A stretch of 64,000 bases of DNA, taken from the IMG/VR virus record IMGVR_UViG_3300020183_000010; one strand, written 5' to 3'. How positions within the stretch are numbered: the first letter of the stretch is position 1; each line of letters begins with the position of its first letter. Shown here piece by piece: positions 19,581-30,363 of this stretch. The position numbers were made by a program, and so were the translations under genes. The DNA comes from a virus. Under the pieces are notes generated by a model. The model was given only the letters and a program-made list of their open reading frames with translations, did not search any database and was not told the DNA's origin.

Positions 19581-20574
19581 TGTACCCTCCGGGAAATGAT
19601 ATATCTGCTGTGACCCCCCCCTCACAGCTTTCACATTTACTATAGATTCTTGATTTGGTAGCAAAATTTATCTTCTCGGTGATCTGATCTGCTATGGAAA
19701 ATTGTAGGGGTGACCATTCATTAGAAGCTCTTTCATATTGATCATAAACAGATTCGTCTAATCCTCTCCAATCTGGTATTATAAAAGAAGCCACTTTAGC
19801 AAAACTTTCATCGAAAGATTTACCTTTTCTTCTTTTGTCTGCTAATATTTTTCTACATAGTGTAGTAACACCGACAGTAGGGATATAAAGGTCCATTTCA
19901 GGACTTCCGTCTTTCGGTACAAATTTAAATGAGTAAGTTTCCCTATTATATCTTTTAAGAATTTCTGGGTCTACTACGAAACTATCTAATAGATTAGATC
20001 TTAGTTCTAACATATCAGGAACATTACAATCAGGTTTTGTACAGTTCTTAGTTACTGGAAGTAATATTTTATTTTCTCCCCTTAAGAATGTCATATCTCT
20101 AATTGACATTATAATATAAAATCTGTCTTCGTACCAAAGATCATATGGTTCTAAAAATCCGCCATTCCATCTTATCTTCATACATTTAGATAAGATCGTA
20201 TTTAATTTATCGTCTAGATCTATTCTATCGTCATCGTCAACGGTAGAGAACTGTCTAATTTCTCTAACCCCTGATGCTTTTATAGCAACTTCAAAGCCTT
20301 CTGGGTATCCAAATCCTTTAGAAGGAAGATTTTCAGATGGTATATTCTTCCAGTCATTCTCTAATCCTATAGGTGTCCTAGTAACATTTACTTTACCTAA
20401 GTTATTTGTTTGATTTTGAACCGGTTGAGGATTTTGTTGGGCATTTGCTTCTTTATCTATCCACTCAGGTATTGAGTACGATCCAACATCAGGATCTTGG
20501 TCATACTGAAATTTAGATTCCACTTCTTTTCTTTTAAGCTGGTTAAGCAATTCGTCGTCCATATTCTGTTCCAT
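19537..20574 (-). CDS. baseplate hub assembly protein (T4 gp26-like)
   Basis: LPSKG, EDRFYIIMSIR, CxxxxC and C-terminal CESC; downstream of tail tubes. Confidence 0.65.
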   Translation of the reverse strand: MEQNMDDELLNQLKRKEVESKFQYDQDPDVGSYSIPEWIDKEANAQQNPQPVQNQTNNLGKVNVTRTPIGLENDWKNIPSENLPSKGFGYPEGFEVAIKASGVREIRQFSTVDDDDRIDLDDKLNTILSKCMKIRWNGGFLEPYDLWYEDRFYIIMSIRDMTFLRGENKILLPVTKNCTKPDCNVPDMLELRSNLLDSFVVDPEILKRYNRETYSFKFVPKDGSPEMDLYIPTVGVTTLCRKILADKRRKGKSFDESFAKVASFIIPDWRGLDESVYDQYERASNEWSPLQFSIADQITEKINFATKSRIYSKCESCEGGVTADISFPGGYRSLFVISDIFSQLL

Positions 20575-20582
20575 ACTATTTC

Positions 20583-20810
20583 TTATATCTCTTTTACTTC
20601 TTCTTTTCTTTTTAGTTTCCTATTTGATGACAAAAAGAAATAAAATCCAAAGAAAAGAGCCGAAAGGAAGTAGAAAATTGCTACTGTATGCCAATAGGAA
20701 TTTGTCCATTTCATTATCGTTGCAAAAAGGATATCGAATCCGAAGGGATTGAAGAAAGTTGCTAAAACTAAACAGACTGAAGCTATTCTTGTTCTTCTTT
20801 TCTGATTCAC
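20583..20810 (-). CDS. small membrane protein (2 TM)
   Basis: Two hydrophobic segments, basic termini. Confidence 0.55.
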   Translation of the reverse strand: MNQKRRTRIASVCLVLATFFNPFGFDILFATIMKWTNSYWHTVAIFYFLSALFFGFYFFLSSNRKLKRKEEVKEI

Positions 20811-20861
20811 AATCGTCGTCCATATTATTTTAATTTAACATTCTAAGTTTTAACAAAAAAC

Positions 20862-20892
20862 AAAAAATGGAGACTTTGTTGAGCCTCCATTT
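20862..20892 (-). terminator. intrinsic terminator after the tail tube genes
   Basis: aaatggag...ctccattt hairpin followed by a T run on the minus strand. Confidence 0.6.
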
Positions 20893-20912
20893 ATATATTA
20901 AGCTAAATAAAA

Positions 20913-21491
20913 TTAATTGAAAACGTCTTCGAAATAATCCGCTCTGAAAGATAAAGCTATTTTATAAGGTGTTGTACCGTTAGTGTAATCAAGATCTAAA
21001 GATTTGATCTGGTCAACAGGAAAGCAGTTTAATAATTTAATCCTTCTAAACACGTCTCCTTGCTTATTAAATATAGAGATAAGTATGTAAGTTCCTCCAG
21101 CATAATTGGATTTTATTCCCATAGCACCTGTTAATGGATTATAAACTAAATCCGACCACTGACGTAGGGTTTTAAAAACGTAGTTGCTGTTATTGTCGTT
21201 AAGGTTTGTTTCAAATTCAATTCTTACCTTAATACCAGTATCATCTACTACACCACCCGCATATCTTCTTTTAGTAAATTTATATCTTTGCTCTGCTGGT
21301 GCTGGGTTTTTGTCTACTGTTAAACCAGTAACTGATAGAACGTTTTCTACTAGGAGACTACGTCCTCCGTTTCCTTGTTCTAGAGCAACCCCAGCAGGCG
21401 GCTGTATAATAACCTCAAACTGATTAAGATATACTGGTTCGTACAATTGTACTGCTGCTTTTGCCGATGTAAAATGTGGTAATCCTGCCAT
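20913..21491 (-). CDS. gp19: tail tube protein (gp19-like), paralog 2
   Basis: NQFEV, LRQWSDLVYNPLTG, CFP, LDY, FRADYF; follows sheath. Confidence 0.8.
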   Translation of the reverse strand: MAGLPHFTSAKAAVQLYEPVYLNQFEVIIQPPAGVALEQGNGGRSLLVENVLSVTGLTVDKNPAPAEQRYKFTKRRYAGGVVDDTGIKVRIEFETNLNDNNSNYVFKTLRQWSDLVYNPLTGAMGIKSNYAGGTYILISIFNKQGDVFRRIKLLNCFPVDQIKSLDLDYTNGTTPYKIALSFRADYFEDVFN

Positions 21492-21501
21492 TTTTTATTT
21501 T

Positions 21502-22074
21502 TTATATAAACACGTCTTCGAAATAATCAACTGCCCATTGCAGAGTCAATTTATATATGGATGTTTGAGTGTAGTTCAATCCCATTTCGTTAATAGCAGT
21601 CATAGGGAAGCAATCTCTAAGATTTATTTTTCTAAAAATATCTCCTTGCTTATTGAATACATTAACTAGAATATTTCCAGTGTAATCTTTTTTAAGCCCC
21701 ATAGCTCCAGTTAAAGGATTATAAATTAAATCCGACCACTGGCGAAGAGTTTTAAAAACATACATAGAGTTGTTTTCGTTTAGGTTTATCTCAAATTCCA
21801 TATCAACATCTAAACCTGTTCTTGATGGAGCAGCACCAGAGTAATATCTCTTAGCAAATTTATATTGCTGAGTTATTTCTCCTGGGTTCTGATCAACTTG
21901 TAATCCAGATATTCTAGTTACTTGTTCTAGCAATATATTAGAACTCCCTGGATTTCCAGCCTGAACTGGAATAGCAGCCGGAGGAGTAATAATAACCTCA
22001 AACTGGTTGAGAAAAACAGGTTCGAACTTGTTAACCGAAGCCTTAGAACTTGTATAATGTGGTAATCCTGCCAT
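21502..22074 (-). CDS. gp19: tail tube protein (gp19-like), paralog 1
   Basis: Same motifs; directly downstream of sheath. Confidence 0.8.
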   Translation of the reverse strand: MAGLPHYTSSKASVNKFEPVFLNQFEVIITPPAAIPVQAGNPGSSNILLEQVTRISGLQVDQNPGEITQQYKFAKRYYSGAAPSRTGLDVDMEFEINLNENNSMYVFKTLRQWSDLIYNPLTGAMGLKKDYTGNILVNVFNKQGDIFRKINLRDCFPMTAINEMGLNYTQTSIYKLTLQWAVDYFEDVFI

Positions 22075-22119
22075 GTTTTTATTTTATATATTTACATTCA
22101 AGAATTCTCTACAAATTTA

Positions 22120-25100
22120 TTAGCTAAATTGAATGAATCCTCCTGAAGCAATACCGCCTGTTCTAGTAACTGTCATTCTATTGATGAACTTATGAATACC
22201 TCTTGCAGGTTCGATTATTACATCGATAATACCGATATTTTGATCTATTATTGCAGGAGTGTTGTTCGAAGAGTCCATAATAGTTAAGTAGTTATAGATA
22301 CCTCCAACAGATCTTACTCCGGTTAAGTAGTTGTCTACTAATGTTTTAATTTCAAGTCTAACATTGTCTTCGTTGAAATCAAATACGTAGTTAGAAAGAA
22401 TCTCTTCGATTGCACTTTCTACTGTGATTAGTAAATCTCTAACATGTAAGTTGTTGAATGCTGAGTTAGTTCTTTGGTAGCTTGTTTGGTTACCGTAAAT
22501 TACTATACCAACACCTCTCTTACGTATGATAGGGTTAATACCGAATGGTTCTAGATATTCTCTATCCTGTATATCAAAGTCGTATTCTAATCCTACTAGG
22601 TTGCTAGCAGAGATAATACCTCTCTTAAGACCTGCTACGATTGAATAAGGCTCACCTGTAATAAACTTACGTATAAAGTTATTAGAAACGTAAGGTGAAG
22701 GTGGTACGTCTAGATTTTTGTTGTTTTCTCTAATTGTTAAGAAAGGTGCAAAGAATCCAGAGAATTTAGCTCCTAAATCTTCATCAGGAAGTGAGAAAGT
22801 AAACGAAGGATTCAAACTTAAATTACCCCCCTCTGCAATGTATCTAGCTTGTAAAAGCGGAGCTGGGTCTGTTGCAGTAGGTGCAGATGTAAATCTTGGA
22901 TCCACTGATTCTGAAAACTTCTTCATAGAAGGTACGTTACAGATTGCTAAACATTTTTGTCTGTTTTTAGCAAGCTTAGTGAATTGATATTTACAGTTTG
23001 GCTGAACCCCACCATCAAATGTATCAACGATATATCTGAAAGTGATTACGTCTGTATCTGCTAATGTTCTAGCAAGATTAGTGTTGTAAAGAACATCTAA
23101 GATTTCATTCATTCTTGTGTCTGTTCCGTTAGGCATAGAAGCAGCCTTGATATCAGCACCAGGAAGATAAGTGAAATTAAAAGATCTAACAAACTCTTGT
23201 ATATTTTTAAATTTCCAAACTCTAGTAGTTGTTCCAGGATATAGTTTAATTGGTCTTTCAGTTTTAACCTGTACTGTGTAAACCCCAGGTGAAGTTGCAG
23301 AAGATACTGTTTTAACCTCTAATACTCTTGTTAATCTAGATTGAAGATTCTCAGTTAGAGGGTTGTCGTATATCTGAACGTCCGTTGATACAAGTAGATC
23401 TCCTACTTTTATACCAGAAGAATTAGCAACTGCTGTAGATAGCTCAATAACATTAGGTTGTAGCTGAGTTATAATATCTACATAGTCACTTATATTACCT
23501 GCAGTTGATACTATATTAAAGCTTTCGCCTGTTGTTTGATTTGTTCCTATTGGTAAAGAACTTATATAAGTAGTATCCCATGTTGCAATAGCTTCAGGAG
23601 TTGTGAATGTGTCATCTGCAAAAGCTCTACAAACTAAGATATTGTACCCGTCTCTATCTACATTAACCTCAAATTTTAAGTATTGTAGTAGTGATCCTGA
23701 ATCATCTTTCCAGTCAATATCCCCGTCTCCGATGTTACCTTTAACCCAGTCTCTGTACATTTCAGAGTTCTCGTATGCTAAGTAAGAGTCAGTTCCTACC
23801 GGAATATCAGGAGAGAAATAAACATCATCATTATCAAAGTAATCTGGATTACCTATTTGATAAGCTGCAGAAGTACTTTTGTTAGTAATGTCATAAGGCT
23901 CAACATAAGTTGTAGAAGGAGTAGCTCCTACTAGAGGATGTTTTAATTTTAATCTCAACTGAGGTCTAATTCCAACAGGAAGTGTAGAATTTGTAATATT
24001 TTTAGATTCTACGATTTTTAATTTAACTAAATCTCCCTCATAGAATCCAAGATATCCTGGGGTAGGAAGGTTTGAAGTTACCTTACCAAGTACCCATCTA
24101 GCTGCAGGTGCATTATTAGAAACCCCCACGAAACTATCCAAAGTAGTAATTTGGTCATCGTGTAAAGTTGGAGATGTAAATAGAGTATCTATATAAATAG
24201 CACCTCCGTCTCTAGCAGCAGGATTGTAAGTATCCCAAAGTGAAGTAGGAATACCTGCGTCTCCAGTTGCATTATATAAACTGTCAATAAGAAGAGTACC
24301 TGTTTCAGGAAGAAGATCCATTCCAGGATTAGATGGTGAAAGATTATCTTGAATCTCTGTACCTCCTGTTGATCCATCTATATTCTTATAGTATGTGTAA
24401 TCTGCGAAAAGATTTTGGCTATAAGAAAGGAAGTTAAGATTTTTTGGAACAGAATTAATATCTGCATCTGAACCTATTTCATCTACTAAGTGGTGGCCAA
24501 CTAGGTCAAATACTGATGAGTTATCTATAAGATCGTCCAAAGCCTCCTCGTTAACAGCACAGAAGATACCTGTTGTTGGCGTTTGGTTATTAATTAGCGT
24601 TTGAATGTATCTTAGAGTTCCATTTTGGTCAGTAAAGTTAGGTATGATTGTACCAGTTACAGTTAATGATATATTAACACCGTCAAGAGCCAAGAAGTTA
24701 TCTATTTGAGATTTAATAAATCCTTTAGAAGTAAAGTATTGGCTGTAAACAGGGTCGTTTGAAAGTGCTTGATAATCCGTCCAGTTACCACTTACTGCAA
24801 TTACATCTATAAACCAATCTGAAAGATAGTCATACTGATTCATATAAGAAGGAACGTTATCTGGACCGAAGTATTCTCTTGCGGTAATATCGAATCCTCT
24901 TAGAGGAAATCTTGAGTCTAATGATTTTCTTACTATTATACTTACTGGATTTTGTCCAAGGTTAACTAAGCTAAATAGTTTTCTTGAATCTGGCTGAGCA
25001 CCAGAATTATCCTCTGTAGCTAATAAGTATGTAGTGTCTGGGAACCAGAACTTCTCTTTGTTGTAGTAAGACGATAATAATTTATCTTGTTTTGTTAAAG

Positions 25101-25521
25101 GATCGGAATATCCACCTGTAGCATTAGCTCCGTTTTGCTCTTCTGTATCCATAGAGAAAGCTCTGTATCTAGCTACATCAGCTCCTGATGCGTAATCTGG
25201 ATCTCCATTTTCGTCTACGGTATTATTTAAAAGTCTTAAATTAAGAGCAAATATAGGTCCGCTTTGTAGACATACTAAGCAAGATCTGTGGAAGAAAGAT
25301 CCTTTCTTTTCCATAGTTTTCTCTATTCCCCCAAATACTGATTGGAAAGTCGTAATATCCGGACAATAAACTGGAGTATTGAAAGGGCCAACGCTAGAAT
25401 AACCTACCACTAATCTAATCGTAGAAGGGTTAATTATAATGTTCTCACTAGCATCGAATTCCAATGTATAAACACCAGATGCTTTAAATTGGGATAAATC
25501 AAGTTTGACTTGTTTTGCCAT
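22120..25521 (-). CDS. gp18: contractile tail sheath protein (gp18-like), 1133 aa
   Basis: SGVYTLEFD, GPFNTP N-terminus; AGLKRG, GINPI, VIYGNQT, LHVRDLL, FDFN, NNTPAIIDQN C-terminus. Confidence 0.9.
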   Translation of the reverse strand: MAKQVKLDLSQFKASGVYTLEFDASENIIINPSTIRLVVGYSSVGPFNTPVYCPDITTFQSVFGGIEKTMEKKGSFFHRSCLVCLQSGPIFALNLRLLNNTVDENGDPDYASGADVARYRAFSMDTEEQNGANATGGYSDPLTKQDKLLSSYYNKEKFWFPDTTYLLATEDNSGAQPDSRKLFSLVNLGQNPVSIIVRKSLDSRFPLRGFDITAREYFGPDNVPSYMNQYDYLSDWFIDVIAVSGNWTDYQALSNDPVYSQYFTSKGFIKSQIDNFLALDGVNISLTVTGTIIPNFTDQNGTLRYIQTLINNQTPTTGIFCAVNEEALDDLIDNSSVFDLVGHHLVDEIGSDADINSVPKNLNFLSYSQNLFADYTYYKNIDGSTGGTEIQDNLSPSNPGMDLLPETGTLLIDSLYNATGDAGIPTSLWDTYNPAARDGGAIYIDTLFTSPTLHDDQITTLDSFVGVSNNAPAARWVLGKVTSNLPTPGYLGFYEGDLVKLKIVESKNITNSTLPVGIRPQLRLKLKHPLVGATPSTTYVEPYDITNKSTSAAYQIGNPDYFDNDDVYFSPDIPVGTDSYLAYENSEMYRDWVKGNIGDGDIDWKDDSGSLLQYLKFEVNVDRDGYNILVCRAFADDTFTTPEAIATWDTTYISSLPIGTNQTTGESFNIVSTAGNISDYVDIITQLQPNVIELSTAVANSSGIKVGDLLVSTDVQIYDNPLTENLQSRLTRVLEVKTVSSATSPGVYTVQVKTERPIKLYPGTTTRVWKFKNIQEFVRSFNFTYLPGADIKAASMPNGTDTRMNEILDVLYNTNLARTLADTDVITFRYIVDTFDGGVQPNCKYQFTKLAKNRQKCLAICNVPSMKKFSESVDPRFTSAPTATDPAPLLQARYIAEGGNLSLNPSFTFSLPDEDLGAKFSGFFAPFLTIRENNKNLDVPPSPYVSNNFIRKFITGEPYSIVAGLKRGIISASNLVGLEYDFDIQDREYLEPFGINPIIRKRGVGIVIYGNQTSYQRTNSAFNNLHVRDLLITVESAIEEILSNYVFDFNEDNVRLEIKTLVDNYLTGVRSVGGIYNYLTIMDSSNNTPAIIDQNIGIIDVIIEPARGIHKFINRMTVTRTGGIASGGFIQFS

Positions 25522-25591
25522 TTTTAATTTTTATTTATATTCTAAGAAGTTATCCTTTGACTTCTTTTTCTATGTATATATCATTCTTCCT

Positions 25592-27397
25592 CTAAGAATC
25601 AAGGAGTCCGTTTAAGAAAGTATAGTTTGATAGATCGCTAGTTTTATTTTGAGAGGCTTCCGTATTTTCTGAAAGTCTATCTTCTATCATTTTTCTGAAC
25701 TTTTCTGGGATGATATCATATAAATCCATAACGGTTTCTTGAAAATCCCCTCCATCAAAAACACAATTTATGTTAACGAGTGTCATTGCTTCATCGTCTT
25801 TACCTATCTGACTAGAGAAACTCCCGTTTGGATTTATACCAAAGTTGGCTAGCTCGTGTATTCCGTTCTTGTTTGATGGGATTATTCTATAAGACCTAGT
25901 GTTTATTTTTAAATCGTAGCAGAATTTTTCTTTATTTTTAACAGTAAGTTTAACTCCGGGCTTCAATTTAGTGCTAGCTTCAGAGTGCTTAGTGTAAACA
26001 AACATCTCATCAAATAAATCTTCCGAATCTAATAATTTGTCCATTAACATTTCACCTTTGTGGTCTAACTCAAGTACTATTCTTGTGTTATCAACACCTA
26101 GCACTTCAACGATGAGTATTTCTAAAAATGCTTTAAATTCGTCTATTTCTATAACGTTGGATCTAAAAATACCAACTTGAAGTAAGCAAAAGAAGTCGCT
26201 TTCGTCTTCAAAAAATCTTTTATTTTTTATTGCGCTACTTGGCATTGGTGCAACTTTAAAAATATTTGCTACAGAATAATCACCTCCTCCACCACTAGCA
26301 GTATCTATTGAAATATAAAATTTCTGTCCATCCTTCTCAAATACTGATGTTGGGTCAAACTTAGGGTGCCATAATAAATTAGAATAATCTATAGGACTTT
26401 GTTCGAATGGGGATAATTCATGAAAAACAAATTGCTCTTCTGTGCTTTTTAATCTTTTTAATGTGTTAGAATCAAGTAAAAGTCTTGACGAAGAAAGAAA
26501 CTGACACCCATATTCTTGATTAAAGTCCTCCTCAGACCCAAGAGCTGCGATTTCTTTTCTCTTCCATTCTTCATCTCTTCCCGGTACTTGCCACCATTCA
26601 ACTCTAATCGGATTAAATTCGTTCTCACCCTCTACAGCTCCCTTGTAAATCTCAAAGAATTTATTCATTCCATTTGGTGTGGATGTTATAATAACCCTCG
26701 AAATTTGTGAAGATGATATAGTGGGGTAAACAGATTTAAAGAACTGATTTATAAAGTTGGGGTTAATGTGTGCAAACTCATCCATGTATAACATGTGAAT
26801 TGTATAACCGATTGAGGAAGTTTTAGTAGTTGTTTTAGCCATTATACGACATCCGTTGTCAAACTTCATGGTCATTACATTGTAAACAACTAATCCAGGT
26901 TTTAAAAAGAAAGGAAGCCCCTTCATGATAACCTTAATCTTATCCATTAATTCAGCTGCTGTGTCTCCGATATTAGCCATAATCATGGCATTTTTTTCAA
27001 AATTAAATAGAAGATACCACAAAAGAAATATAGAAGAGGTAATTGTTTTTCCCGACTGTCTAGGGGAAACGAAAACATTTTTTCTGTGATATTGATACTG
27101 ATTTAATATCTGAACCTGGTAATCTCTGAGCAATATTTGCCTAATCCCTTCATCAGTCATAACGTGGCAGTATGTATTAGCAAAATATACTACATCCGCA
27201 GCACATTTTTGTATCTCTTCCAATTCCCATTCAGTGTATTCAAAAAGAATATTGCCCTTTCTTAATTCCGGATCATTCTCGTGGAACGGATTATCTACGT
27301 CCTTGTAATCTATACCGTTCTCTTCTGCATCATATACTAATTGGTCAACTTTCGCAGTGGACCAAAAATTACTGAATTTTTCTTCCTTAGCAGCCAT
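25592..27397 (-). CDS. gp17: terminase large subunit
   Basis: LRDYQ, PRQSGKT, YMDEFAH, ITSTPNG, FNQEYGCQF, IDTASGGGGDYS, GKDDEAM. Confidence 0.95.
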   Translation of the reverse strand: MAAKEEKFSNFWSTAKVDQLVYDAEENGIDYKDVDNPFHENDPELRKGNILFEYTEWELEEIQKCAADVVYFANTYCHVMTDEGIRQILLRDYQVQILNQYQYHRKNVFVSPRQSGKTITSSIFLLWYLLFNFEKNAMIMANIGDTAAELMDKIKVIMKGLPFFLKPGLVVYNVMTMKFDNGCRIMAKTTTKTSSIGYTIHMLYMDEFAHINPNFINQFFKSVYPTISSSQISRVIITSTPNGMNKFFEIYKGAVEGENEFNPIRVEWWQVPGRDEEWKRKEIAALGSEEDFNQEYGCQFLSSSRLLLDSNTLKRLKSTEEQFVFHELSPFEQSPIDYSNLLWHPKFDPTSVFEKDGQKFYISIDTASGGGGDYSVANIFKVAPMPSSAIKNKRFFEDESDFFCLLQVGIFRSNVIEIDEFKAFLEILIVEVLGVDNTRIVLELDHKGEMLMDKLLDSEDLFDEMFVYTKHSEASTKLKPGVKLTVKNKEKFCYDLKINTRSYRIIPSNKNGIHELANFGINPNGSFSSQIGKDDEAMTLVNINCVFDGGDFQETVMDLYDIIPEKFRKMIEDRLSENTEASQNKTSDLSNYTFLNGLLDS

Positions 27398-27399
27398 AA

Positions 27400-28170
27400 T
27401 TATTCGAATATATCGTCGTCTAGTTCAAAATCAGAATCATCGTCGGATCCTCCTAATAGATCAGTTGTACCCCCGAATTTTGTTTTGGGGTTTATTAAGC
27501 TGTCGTCTGGAGTAACTATTTCGGCGTCTTTTATCATATTTCCATTCTTCATTACATTTTGAAGATTTTCCATAAGACTTCTTGTTCCTCTGGCTTTTAA
27601 TAAATCCTCATTTTCTTTGGATTGTATTATGTTTCCATTCTCGTCAAACTGTATATCACCGCCACCTCTTTTTATCTCCTCTCCCTCAGCTTTTAATTGT
27701 TTGTAATTTTTTTCCATCTGTGTCATATAGGATGAAAAATTCTTAGGCATTTGCATTATCTGATTTTGTAGCTGTGCTAGAACCTCAAAAAGTCTTGGCT
27801 CAACTCTACCTGAATCTATCTCCTCTATTATTTTAGCTATGGCATGCTGTGCTGTCCTTATTTGGAAAGCCATAGTGGAAATACTCATAGCATCTATTTT
27901 CTGCTTGTGCTTTACATATGAATCTTCTGAGATATTATCAACATCATTATAAAATTTAGATAAAGATTCTAGTATAGCCCTAGCCTCCATTTCCACCTCA
28001 CTTTTTACAGTGTCTATTTTTAGTTCTCTGTGAGCTTTTATAGGTGGAATATCTGGTGTACTTAGGCCAGAAAGCATCTCGTCTGCTAGTATAATACTGT
28101 CTAATTTATCCTTAAGGTTAAGTTCCTGCTCTTTGGATAAATTCGGTTTTTTTGGTTTTCTTCTTGGCAT
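27400..28170 (-). CDS. putative terminase small subunit (gp16-like)
   Basis: EPRLFEVLAQL resembles the gp16 PRxxEV motif; immediately upstream of large terminase. Confidence 0.5.
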   Translation of the reverse strand: MPRRKPKKPNLSKEQELNLKDKLDSIILADEMLSGLSTPDIPPIKAHRELKIDTVKSEVEMEARAILESLSKFYNDVDNISEDSYVKHKQKIDAMSISTMAFQIRTAQHAIAKIIEEIDSGRVEPRLFEVLAQLQNQIMQMPKNFSSYMTQMEKNYKQLKAEGEEIKRGGGDIQFDENGNIIQSKENEDLLKARGTRSLMENLQNVMKNGNMIKDAEIVTPDDSLINPKTKFGGTTDLLGGSDDDSDFELDDDIFE

Positions 28171-28173
28171 AAA

Positions 28174-30363
28174 TTATCTGTTTCTGGCAACTTTTGGAAG
28201 TTTTAATACTGGCTTAGCATTATCTATTATAATAGCAAGCTGAGCATCCCCAACTATATTTTGATTCAATAAAGTTGATTGTTTTTCCTCTTCTACCATT
28301 TGTTTAAAAAATCTATAATTAGTTGCCCATAATGGACACGATCTTGTTTTATATGAGTAATTATTAGTCCCGTAAAATGGACTATCATAATTTTCCTCTA
28401 TTACTGGAGGAATATTAAATGTATAAGCTTGATTAGTAACTCCATCAAGTGAATGGATTAAACTTAAATCTGAAGTTTGTGTTGCTGGATTGTCAGGGTC
28501 ATAAGTTAATCTCCAGACCTTAATTGAGTATTGTCTAAATATATTCGAGAAATTAAAAACGAATCCGTACCAATCATCAGTAGTTGGTATAAACTCACCA
28601 AGAGTGCTAGATATACCAGATCCAAATGGGGAGTATATTTCTAGATCGTTTATTTTTATTCTAAAACTTCCAGTTTGAATATAGCTATTATCAACTGGGC
28701 TAGTAACAGCATTAGATCCACTCCATATAATATCTATTAGAATTCCTTGACCTCCATAATATCCGTCGAAAAGGGTTCTAGCCTGTGCTTTTTGAACTTT
28801 CCATCCCGCTGTTGTTGGAGGTGCAGGAGCTCCTTCGTCCTTTATTGTAAATCTAAACTGGTCATCAACTGATATTAGTTCAAATCCTCCGGATCTTGTT
28901 CCGTCAGCTAGTATTGAAACAAAACCATTAGGGTTTTCTCCCATACTTAACTTATGTGGTAGTGGATAAGTACTATAAGTTATTTGTCCAGTTCCTATAT
29001 TATCTATTGTAATAGGTAGCTTAGAAGCTGGTTTAGGAACTAATTTACTTCTGTCCAGGTAATTCCTGATTCTAAACCAGCAAAGAAAAGATCTTTCCTC
29101 ATTTTCTGTTAATATCGGATCTTCTTTCCATCTAACTGCGTCTCTTTCTATAACTAATAATGCAGGGGATGCTGGATCAACCTGAGCTTGTGAATCAATA
29201 AAAATTCTGTCTAAATCATAATAATTATTAAAAACTATAGTCCAGTTGTTATTAAGATCGTATTCTATTATAGGAAGATCTTTATTTATGTAAGATCTTA
29301 TCGGATCCTCTAGTCTTCTTTGTGATGTTATTGCATACTGCTGAGGTTTAGTTAGTTCTATTTCTTCATTTTTTACTTCCTCCCCAAATAGTTCTTTTGT
29401 GTTGACTGTATAATCCAATAAAGCAGATTCTGCCTGAGGATCTACAAATGTTGTATTTTTCTTGACCTCGTATTTAGTAAGTTGTATCTTAAAATATACT
29501 GGGTAATTATTTATGTCTCTAAAAACATACATAGAATCTATTTGATAAATTCTATTAGTAATTGGGAAATAAATTATGTCTCTTTTTCTTGGCTGAGAGC
29601 CTTTACCAAAGATGCTTTCGAAATATTTTCTATCTATGTGTATTTCAAATGGCTGATTAAAGTTTAATCCCCAAGAATCGAAAGTAAGAGCTGCATCCGG
29701 GAATTGGTTGTTTGGAACCATAACCTTAACACATTTTTCATCTACAACATTAAATAAGTTATATTCCTTAAGCACAACATCTTTTCCCCTACCTTGTGGT
29801 TGTACAGAGTAATAAATAACCTCGTGTCCGAATACATTATTTACTATTTTGCTAAGATCCTGATACATGTTTATGGATCTATTGATGTCATACGGTCTGA
29901 AGGTAAAATCACAATCGGAAAAAACTATCGGGTAATTGGTTAGTTCTTTACTACATAGAGGAGCTGGAGGATTTGTCATTAAATCCCTTGGATCAATTGT
30001 TTTATATTGTAGATCTAATTCAAAATCTAATAATACTATTGGAGGATTCAATGTGGTTCCTGGAGGATAATAAGGACTAGAATCCTCACTAGAAACTGCA
30101 GTTAATCTTATTTCTATCCAGAAAGGATTATCGGATGAAATAGGAATATCACCTATTGATTCTTGAGTTAGATGACTCCACAAAGACCAATTTGATCCAT
30201 TGATGCTCCATCTATATTCAAGATAAAGATATGAGTGTGGAGGATTTTCTCCACTGGTATCTATTACCCATCCATTAAAAGATTCTACGTTTCTGAATGG
30301 TTCTGACCAGGATATAATTCTATAATTCCCTATTGCAGAAAAATCTATTGGGCTATCTGCCAT
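28174..30363 (-). CDS. neck protein (gp14-like core) with extra N- and C-terminal beta domains
   Basis: FGHEVIYY, PRKRDIIYFP..NRIYQI core; 729 aa. Confidence 0.6.
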   Translation of the reverse strand: MADSPIDFSAIGNYRIISWSEPFRNVESFNGWVIDTSGENPPHSYLYLEYRWSINGSNWSLWSHLTQESIGDIPISSDNPFWIEIRLTAVSSEDSSPYYPPGTTLNPPIVLLDFELDLQYKTIDPRDLMTNPPAPLCSKELTNYPIVFSDCDFTFRPYDINRSINMYQDLSKIVNNVFGHEVIYYSVQPQGRGKDVVLKEYNLFNVVDEKCVKVMVPNNQFPDAALTFDSWGLNFNQPFEIHIDRKYFESIFGKGSQPRKRDIIYFPITNRIYQIDSMYVFRDINNYPVYFKIQLTKYEVKKNTTFVDPQAESALLDYTVNTKELFGEEVKNEEIELTKPQQYAITSQRRLEDPIRSYINKDLPIIEYDLNNNWTIVFNNYYDLDRIFIDSQAQVDPASPALLVIERDAVRWKEDPILTENEERSFLCWFRIRNYLDRSKLVPKPASKLPITIDNIGTGQITYSTYPLPHKLSMGENPNGFVSILADGTRSGGFELISVDDQFRFTIKDEGAPAPPTTAGWKVQKAQARTLFDGYYGGQGILIDIIWSGSNAVTSPVDNSYIQTGSFRIKINDLEIYSPFGSGISSTLGEFIPTTDDWYGFVFNFSNIFRQYSIKVWRLTYDPDNPATQTSDLSLIHSLDGVTNQAYTFNIPPVIEENYDSPFYGTNNYSYKTRSCPLWATNYRFFKQMVEEEKQSTLLNQNIVGDAQLAIIIDNAKPVLKLPKVARNR

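Noticed and set aside
19580-19664. TTG start at 19664 for the gp51-like ORF
   Set aside because: It lies deep within the gp26-like gene and the added residues look non-conserved; a frameshift fusion is more plausible.
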